Assembly: GCF_001194135.2 (NCBI RefSeq)
Contig: NC_068985.1
Location: forward strand, 43,557,529 to 43,612,577
Length of the DNA stretch: 55,049 nucleotides
Origin: Octopus bimaculoides
Lineage: Eukaryota
Direction of reading: 5' to 3'
Position numbers and translations under genes: made by a program. The number at the start of each line of letters is the position of its first letter. The first letter of the stretch is position 1. The notes under the pieces are model-generated. The model ran no database searches. It was given only the letters and a program-made list of their open reading frames with translations, and was not told the origin of the DNA. Below, in pieces: positions 51,601 through 55,049 of the stretch.

Positions 51601-53950
51601 NNNNNNNNNNNNNNNNNNNNNNNNNNNNNNNNNNNNNNNNNNNNNNNNNNNNNNNNNNNNNNNNNNNNNNNNNNNNNNNNNNNNNNNNNNNNNNNNNNNN
51701 NNNNNNNNNNNNNNNNNNNNNNNNNNNNNNNNNNNNNNNNNNNNNNNNNNNNNNNNNNNNNNNNNNNNNNNNNNNNNNNNNNNNNNNNNNNNNNNNNNNN
51801 NNNNNNNNNNNNNNNNNNNNNNNNNNNNNNNNNNNNNNNNNNNNNNNNNTTTTTTTTTTTTTTGTAGAATTATTTCAACAAGATTAACAAAAAAAAAAAA
51901 ATCCCTATTTTTCATGTTGGATAGTTGTTAGTGCAAATTCAGGTAATTGTATAAAGCATGCTGACAACCTTTAATCCTTTAGCATTCAGATGACTCTGTC
52001 AAATGTATTGCTTATCTATTTACATTCATCATCATCATCATTTAATGTTCGCTTTCCATGCTGGTATAGATTAGACTGGAACTGGTAAGCCGAAGAGTGG
52101 CACCAGGTTCCAGTCTGATTTGGCATGGTTTCTATGACTGGATGCCCTTCCTAATGCCAACCACTCCAAGAGTGTAATGGGTACTTTTTATGTGCCACTG
52201 GCAACAGCCATGACTACAATTTCATGGGTGCCATTTACATGACACTGGCAACAGCCATGACTATGATCTCACTTGGCTTGACAAGTCTTCTCAAGCACAG
52301 CATATTGCCAAAAGGTCTCAGTCACTTGTCATCAACTCTGTGAGGCCCAACATTCAAAGATCATGCTACCAACAACAGACAAGATTATGATTCCATGGGT
52401 GCCATTTACATGACACCAGCAATGGCTATGACTATGATTTCACTTGGTTTGATGAGTCTTCTCAAACACAGTGTATCGCCAAAGGTCTTGATCACTTCCA
52501 TGGGGCCCAACATTCAAAGATCATGATTCACCACCTCATCTCATGTCTTGGGTCTATCTCTTCTATAGGTTCCCTCCAGAGTTAGAGATTGACACATTGT
52601 TTTGAATTAATCATGTATTATCATGTAGCTTTCTGATTTCAATGATGTGCTCATATAGATTTAGAATGATATTGTAGTATAGGTGTGAAAGGTTGGGTCT
52701 GGTTAGCTTGAACATAAAACAGATAGAACACTTTGACTGGATATGGCTGAATTAAATGCTAAAGGCTTAAACTGACATGTTCTAACTTTACACTTTATAT
52801 ATTGTAGATTATGCTCATTGGTGTTATATTTCTTAGATATCAACTATGTAAAAATAGAGAATTTCAATTATTATAAGACAGAATAACGAAATAACTTTAT
52901 ACATACTTGCCACTGAAAATACATTTCATTTTTAGATCATCACTTCTTAGAACTTTGATGTCAATCTTTGAAACCCAAAAGAGCTCAACTGGCTTTTTAA
53001 TTGATCCGTCTGAAAAAGAAATTATAACCAATGTTTGTTATGAGTGTTTAATGAAGTTTTAATTCAAGGATTTTGTTAAGGTAAAGTGTTAATAAAGAAA
53101 TAAATATAACATCGCAGCTAGTATATGATCTTTATTATATCTAAGGGTCTTTTCTACATCATTTATACACTTTGATCTTAACCAAAAATTGAGTCACAAG
53201 TGAAGCTCTCTAACACATTACCAGTCAGTGGGAGCCTTAACATGCTATCATCTGGTCTCTGGGTGCTTTCAGTAGAGTTCACTCTATTGCAAGTATTCAA
53301 ATCAGGTCCTTAGTTCCCTCCACATTTTTCTTGCTGATATTAAGATAGGATATCAGTTGTATCAGAAAAATTAGTATGAAAGGACCTACTGAATGTGGAT
53401 ACTTCACCTATCCCTTTTGACTAAATTTATAAAATAAGAATTTCAGTTTTAGAATATGCATCATTTAAGTTATAATATTTTCTAATAATTTTTTCTATTA
53501 TAGGCACAAGGCCAGAAATTTTGTGAGGAAGAACTAGTTGATTACATTGACTCCAATGCTCAACTGGTAATTATTATATTGCCCCCGAATGGATGATAGG
53601 CTAAGTTGACTTTGCTGACATTTAAACTCAGAATGTAAAGCCAGAAGAAATACTGCTAAGCATTTTGTCTGGCACATTAATGATTCTGCTAGCTTGGGAA
53701 AATATCATTTTATTACATTAGATTTGAGTAAAATTTCATGAGAACTGAATTGACAGTATGTATATTAAATGAAATGGGATTGATAGCATGTATAATAAAT
53801 ATAATGTCAACTTACCTCGTACTACCTCTGGTTTAATAACATGATCAAATCCTTGTCCAAAAATCCTCAAGAAAAAAATGTTTGCTGAACACATATAGTT
53901 ATTACCATCTTGGTAATCATGTGCTTCTACATTAGCGAAATATAAATTAC
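12216..53950 (-). CDS. Nrg: L1-family cell adhesion molecule (neuroglian/NrCAM-like), multi-exon, 5'-partial: 18 visible exons totalling 3027 nt
   Basis: Exons join in frame into the L1 architecture: Ig2 signature GNLYFANV, Ig domains with C...W...DSGxYxC, five FNIII repeats, TM helix followed by KRNREAKY, then DSDSLGDYG, NEDGSFIGQY and STFV*. From 51273 to the stop the exons sum to 2+2787 nt with no internal stop. Confidence 0.95.
13015..14030 (+). mobile_element. Degenerate DNA transposon, Chapaev3-like (CMC) transposase relic
   Basis: Peptide remnants IILPPLHMKLGRMKQFVKDLDTEG (about 13296-13370), SDEQGEHFHQDIKPMGQRYRGR (from 13611) and MAGYCW; multiple frameshifts; boundaries approximate. 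Confidence 0.65.
14614..14982. mobile_element. MITE-like element with a perfect 40-bp inverted repeat
   Basis: 14614-14653 is the exact reverse complement of 14943-14982. Confidence 0.6.
16185..18905 (-). mobile_element. Ty3/Gypsy LTR retrotransposon, internally deleted (2721 bp)
   Basis: 115-bp LTRs 16185-16299 and 18791-18905 (TGTT...AACA), 5-bp TSD GAACT, PBS TGGCGACAAGGAT 18777-18789, PPT AAAAGGGGGAGG next to 16299; inserted in the 3' end of a SINE whose aaacaacaacaac tail resumes after 18910. Confidence 0.95.
16502..18758 (-). pseudogene. Disrupted Gypsy pol: RT (FSKLDLSEA, RLPFG, YFDD at 18469-18480), RNase H (DASEYGIGAV, YSQIEKEAL, TDHRPL), integrase (HPG..C..C, HVDFAGP, PPYHP) and C-terminal SH3-like tail
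   Basis: ORFs 17311-18357, 16924-17304 and 16502-16774 plus upstream fragments; RT-RH-INT order; stops and frameshifts; no gag or protease. Confidence 0.92.
19342..19346 (-). CDS. Nrg: Candidate 5-nt frameshifting microexon
   Basis: cttgcctctccattttctctcctctttag|TTTTT|gtaagt; strong 3' and 5' splice signals only 5 nt apart. Confidence 0.3.
19395..19403 (-). CDS. Nrg: Candidate 9-nt cytoplasmic microexon (KKKS replacing N)
   Basis: About 55-nt pyrimidine-rich tract, then tgctttacag|AAAAAAAAG|gtaaaa; frame-preserving in a phase-2 intron. Confidence 0.6.
19921..20152. repeat. 30-bp minisatellite, about 8 copies, consensus aaatagatacctgtaatattRgtcttaata
   Basis: Units start exactly every 30 nt at 19921, 19951 ... 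20131 with substitutions but no indels. Confidence 0.9.
20334..20403 (-). CDS. Nrg: Nrg exon: cytoplasmic 1 (V)QEEERLRGHDPYSTDDHLNDSK
   Basis: tttcctctccag acceptor, AA|gtaagt donor, 70 nt, phase 1/2; links the TM exon to the last exon in frame. Confidence 0.9.
21474..21599 (-). CDS. Nrg: Nrg exon: transmembrane (G)TATQDLTSATWFIAMMVAIALLILILIIVCIAKRNREAKYD
   Basis: tactttaag acceptor, G|gtaagt donor, 126 nt; WFI..M..IALLILIL.IVC.KR..KY as in L1/neuroglian. Confidence 0.96.
26368..26391 (-). CDS. Nrg: Candidate 24-nt juxtamembrane microexon B, (D)HSINKSR(C)
   Basis: tcccttactccag|ATCATTCCATTAACAAAAGTAGAT|gtaagt; phase 1/1, no stop, short pyrimidine tract. Confidence 0.3.
27440..27463 (-). 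CDS. Nrg: Candidate 24-nt juxtamembrane microexon A, (A)HPSIIFK(G)
   Basis: tgcttatttcag|CTCATCCTTCTATTATATTTAAAG|gtaaat; phase 1/1 matches the flanking exons, no stop, several UGC motifs upstream. Confidence 0.5.
29254..29412 (-). CDS. Nrg: Nrg exon: FNIII-5 C-half ESNLKSTPGQMLNRWQNISNLSAGIWYEFRVVAKSGERQAASSWKKITLPKP
   Basis: ttctatgaaag acceptor, CAG|gtgatt donor, 159 nt; L.AG..YEFRVVA motif. Confidence 0.9.
30310..30660 (-). mobile_element. Tigger/pogo transposase relic
   Basis: QSMDQYFIATFKAYYLQHTF and FGGNVTRDYKLKVMLLHHAENPKA resemble Tigger DDE motifs. Confidence 0.65.
31277..31405 (-). CDS. Nrg: Nrg exon: FNIII-5 N-half (M)PIVPDWNMTPMGNNSLNVSWKIDYNKTNQHVGLMHVVEYRKL
   Basis: attttctag acceptor, G|gtatgt donor, 129 nt, phase 1/1; not in the ORF track. 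Confidence 0.9.
32345..32780 (+). mobile_element. 3' fragment of an R4/Dong-like (restriction-like endonuclease) LINE; a shorter second copy at about 31765-32075
   Basis: IPVIVDVPGMIKKGTENYLRMIPTLPSVQELKKIILTGMSHI resembles RLE C-termini; shared downstream sequence with the second copy. Confidence 0.6.
33012..33194 (-). CDS. Nrg: Nrg exon: FNIII-4 C-half NGLKVSPVQFEDEPTTDPTMTEYILRGLEASTNYRIQIQAMTSAGEGEPYYIDVWTTDAG
   Basis: cttctgcag acceptor, A|gtaagt donor, 183 nt. Confidence 0.94.
33343..33465 (-). CDS. Nrg: Nrg exon: FNIII-4 N-half PGRVHYFMALVRGSGHFHLKWEPPEERNGLLIGYNIGFQR
   Basis: ctttatacag acceptor, A|gtaagt donor, 123 nt; WEPP..NG.L.GY motif. Confidence 0.93.
34699..34933 (-). CDS. 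Nrg: Nrg exon: FNIII-3 C-half ILFWKPGEKETTLKKIDVSENTHNRRSTRRSRHRRTSSKVKANVMLPAYSNFSLSVVARNTYYEGPESNVIDVQTPEG
   Basis: ttgattctag acceptor, G|gtcagt donor, 235 nt, phase 0/1; ends in the canonical TPEG; not in the ORF track. Confidence 0.92.
35694..35852. repeat. Palindromic repeat, 74-bp arms (65/74), 11-nt loop
   Basis: 35694-35767 is inverted to 35779-35852; the right arm runs into an N gap. Confidence 0.85.
36903..38450 (-). mobile_element. 5'-truncated RTE-clade LINE (RT pseudogene, 3' UTR, (GAT)n tail)
   Basis: STTDAIF, FVDLEKAFD, GVHQGSVLNPLLF, LLHADDL, VNLAKTK and RGRPRKTW; internal duplication in the 3' UTR. Separate tail copies at about 36461-36568 (+) and 38488-38630 (-). Confidence 0.9.
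38785..38915 (-). CDS. Nrg: Nrg exon: FNIII-3 N-half PLEVPSNFELDPDHEMTATSARFRWDPVNTDTEKMRGVFKGYR
   Basis: ttttatag acceptor, AGA|gtaagt donor, 131 nt, phase 1/0. Confidence 0.93.
39310..39535 (-). CDS. Nrg: Nrg exon: FNIII-2 C-part PMSPLQFNGPGFYYEV...TYEPYKITVAAKNDKG...GFSGED
   Basis: tgtttttaaag acceptor, T|gtaagt donor, 226 nt; NGPGF and GxSGED are L1-family motifs. Confidence 0.95.
40932..41296 (-). CDS. Nrg: Nrg exon: FNIII-1 plus start of FNIII-2 (PPDPPTDVKVNC...DNVCTT...LVVVWD)
   Basis: tattttag acceptor, GAT|gtaagt donor, 365 nt; Cys pair in FNIII-1 recalls the disulfide in Drosophila neuroglian FNIII-1. Confidence 0.95.
41830..42570 (+). mobile_element. Penelope-like element, GIY-YIG endonuclease remnant
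   Basis: ORF 41932-42393 NCACRDKTKC..KC..KDVVYKC...IYIGST...H..SF...T.LSKYIWELK, continuing after a stop to C..C; very AT-rich. Confidence 0.75.
44442..44726 (-). CDS. Nrg: Nrg exon: Ig6 RTSIVEGPDDMVVMVGKTALFTC...WYKDG...DSGNYTCVASNGLDNATKGAELKVK
   Basis: cttttcag acceptor, G|gtaatg donor, 285 nt, complete Ig domain. Confidence 0.95.
46235..46325 (-). CDS. Nrg: Nrg exon: Ig5 C-part GVQAKDSGEYTCRAKNKFGGMSSTGKLAVR
   Basis: ttttctttaaag acceptor, A|gtaagt donor, 91 nt, phase 0/1; DSGEYTC motif. Confidence 0.93.
47428..47778 (-). mobile_element. tRNA-derived SINE
   Basis: Minus-strand head tagctcagtggttag...gagttcaattcc followed by ttgagcaagacactt. Confidence 0.7.
48056..48237 (-). CDS. Nrg: Nrg exon: Ig5 N-part IPPSFSEGVPELTKVAAESVVVLPCVAEGKPTPAITWFRGDQLIKSERHEMLPSGALKIT
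   Basis: atttcag acceptor, ACT|gtaagt donor, 182 nt, phase 1/0. Confidence 0.93.
48523..48997. mobile_element. Mariner-type MITE with a nested SINE fragment and microsatellite
   Basis: TIR cgagggggtgctgaaaagttcctgg at 48523 inverted at 48973-48997, followed by TA. Confidence 0.7.
49347..49490 (-). CDS. Nrg: Nrg exon: Ig4 C-half VPPRVNQQFQNDTLKYFMLTRNDSKVIQCNASNENGYLWADFYLNVL
   Basis: tctttttcag acceptor, G|gtaaat donor, 144 nt; QCNASNxxGY is typical of L1 Ig4. Confidence 0.93.
51142..51273 (-). CDS. Nrg: Nrg exon: Ig4 N-half RPYWVTVPEDVTKGVDENVTFSCQALGRPKPEVKWYINGQPIQ
   Basis: ctttcattcag acceptor, 132 nt, phase 1/1; donor is non-canonical T|gcaagt. Confidence 0.9.
51311..51849. other. Assembly gap (others: 3190-3611, 4670-4906, 9009-9817, 35853-36181, 42597-43404, 48672-48681)
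   Basis: Runs of N, mostly flanked by (TA)n or homopolymers. Confidence 0.99.
51975..52766. mobile_element. piggyBac-type MITE carrying a nested RTE 3' fragment (about 52026-52590)
   Basis: TTAA|tcctttagcatt ... aatgctaaaggc|TTAA; interior has an RTE tail and tandemly duplicated RTE 3' UTR units. Confidence 0.6.
52907..53009 (-). CDS. Nrg: Nrg exon: Ig2-Ig3 linker and Ig3 N-part (D)GSIKKPVELFWVSKIDIKVLRSDDLKMKCIFSG
   Basis: tttttcag acceptor, AA|gtatgt donor, 103 nt, phase 1/2; ends just after the first Ig3 cysteine. Confidence 0.88.
53816..53950 (-). CDS. Nrg: Nrg exon: Ig2 C-half (G)NLYFANVEAHDYQDGNNYMCSANIFFLRIFGQGFDHVIKPEVVR
   Basis: ttcttcag acceptor, G|gtaagt donor, 135 nt, phase 1/1; GNLYFxNV is the L1-family Ig2 signature. 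Confidence 0.93.
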
Positions 53951-54578
53951 CTGAAGAATAAATATTAGTAAATGAGTTTTGAATTGATGAATTATAAATT
54001 TATACAGTTCATGCACAAAATATAAACGCATAAATATAGAATCCCCTTTAAGATATGACCAACTGATATACAAGCAAAATAATAACAAAATTCTCACACA
54101 TAATGACAATATACACATGTATTATACGTATGGATATATATGTGTATGTATGTGTTTGAGTGTCTATTTATCACTATACATCCATCTGTCCATCCATACA
54201 TGCACATGCACACACACACATACACAAGCATGAATGTGTGATCAAGAAGTTTGCTTTGCAACCATGTAGTTCTGGATTTGTTCAACATGCAGCACTTTGG
54301 AAAAGTGTCTTTGAATACATCCTTGGATTGACCAAAAGCTTGTGAGTGGAATTTGGTAGACAAAACTATGTAGAAATCTGCCATATATGTTCTCATCCTC
54401 ATCATAATCATCATTGCTTTTATGTCTGTTTTCCATGCTGGCATGTGTTGGATAGGTTGCCATTGATAAAGTTTGTTCTTATTAAGAGTTATGGCTCTCC
54501 TAGATGCAAACAAACCAATACTGGTTGTCAGGTAGTAGTGGGGAACAAGCACAATGACACACACATGCACACACACAC

Positions 54579-54643
<65 letters not shown>

Positions 54644-55049
54644 CATACATACATAATGGGCTTCCACACAATTTCTACCTACCAAATTCATGCACAAGGC
54701 ATAGGTCAGCCTGGGGCTCCAATAGAAGATTCTTTCCCAGGGTGCCATACAGTAGGACCGAACCCCAAACCATATCGTTGTAAAGTGAGCTTCTTAAATA
54801 AACATCCATGCCTGTGCCTATTACTTGGAGACACAAGGCACATTATAAAAACATGGCTAGCTACATGTCTTCATAGCAAGAAACTATTGGCAGCTCTCAT
54901 CTTTATACAGCGTATATTAAATGATATACATCTATTACACACACAAATTGTTGGTAAAACATAAATCCAAAAAAGCACATTCTAAGTTATAGAGCAGTGT
55001 ATTATTTAATAAAGTTAGATCCCATAAACCGACCTTATCTAACTTTATA

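Overview
AT-rich, microsatellite- and SINE-dense eukaryotic (animal) DNA with seven N-gaps. The repeat families look like those of octopus; this is my inference, not verified. The window is dominated by one minus-strand gene, an L1-family cell adhesion molecule (neuroglian/NrCAM-like). I assembled 18 exons by hand (53950 down to the stop at 12216), all with consistent splice phases. They encode Ig2 (C-half), Ig3 (part), Ig4-6, five FNIII domains, a TM helix and a cytoplasmic tail with the ankyrin-binding FIGQY motif and C-terminal STFV. The 5' exons lie beyond the window, and one Ig3 exon is missing, probably in the 51311-51849 gap. The most interesting signals are four candidate microexons that the ORF track cannot show. 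Two (9 nt and 5 nt) lie in the intron that appears to correspond to the vertebrate L1 RSLE microexon position; the 5-nt one would frameshift away FIGQY and the PDZ motif. Two 24-nt exons are juxtamembrane. Also notable: a 7-Arg furin-type loop in FNIII-3, a GC-AG intron, an internally deleted Ty3/Gypsy element with 115-bp LTRs and CpG-biased divergence, several long intronic hairpins, and a fold-back element enclosing telomere-type repeats. Introns also carry RTE, R4/Dong-like, Penelope-like, Chapaev3-like, Tigger, mariner and piggyBac-type relics.
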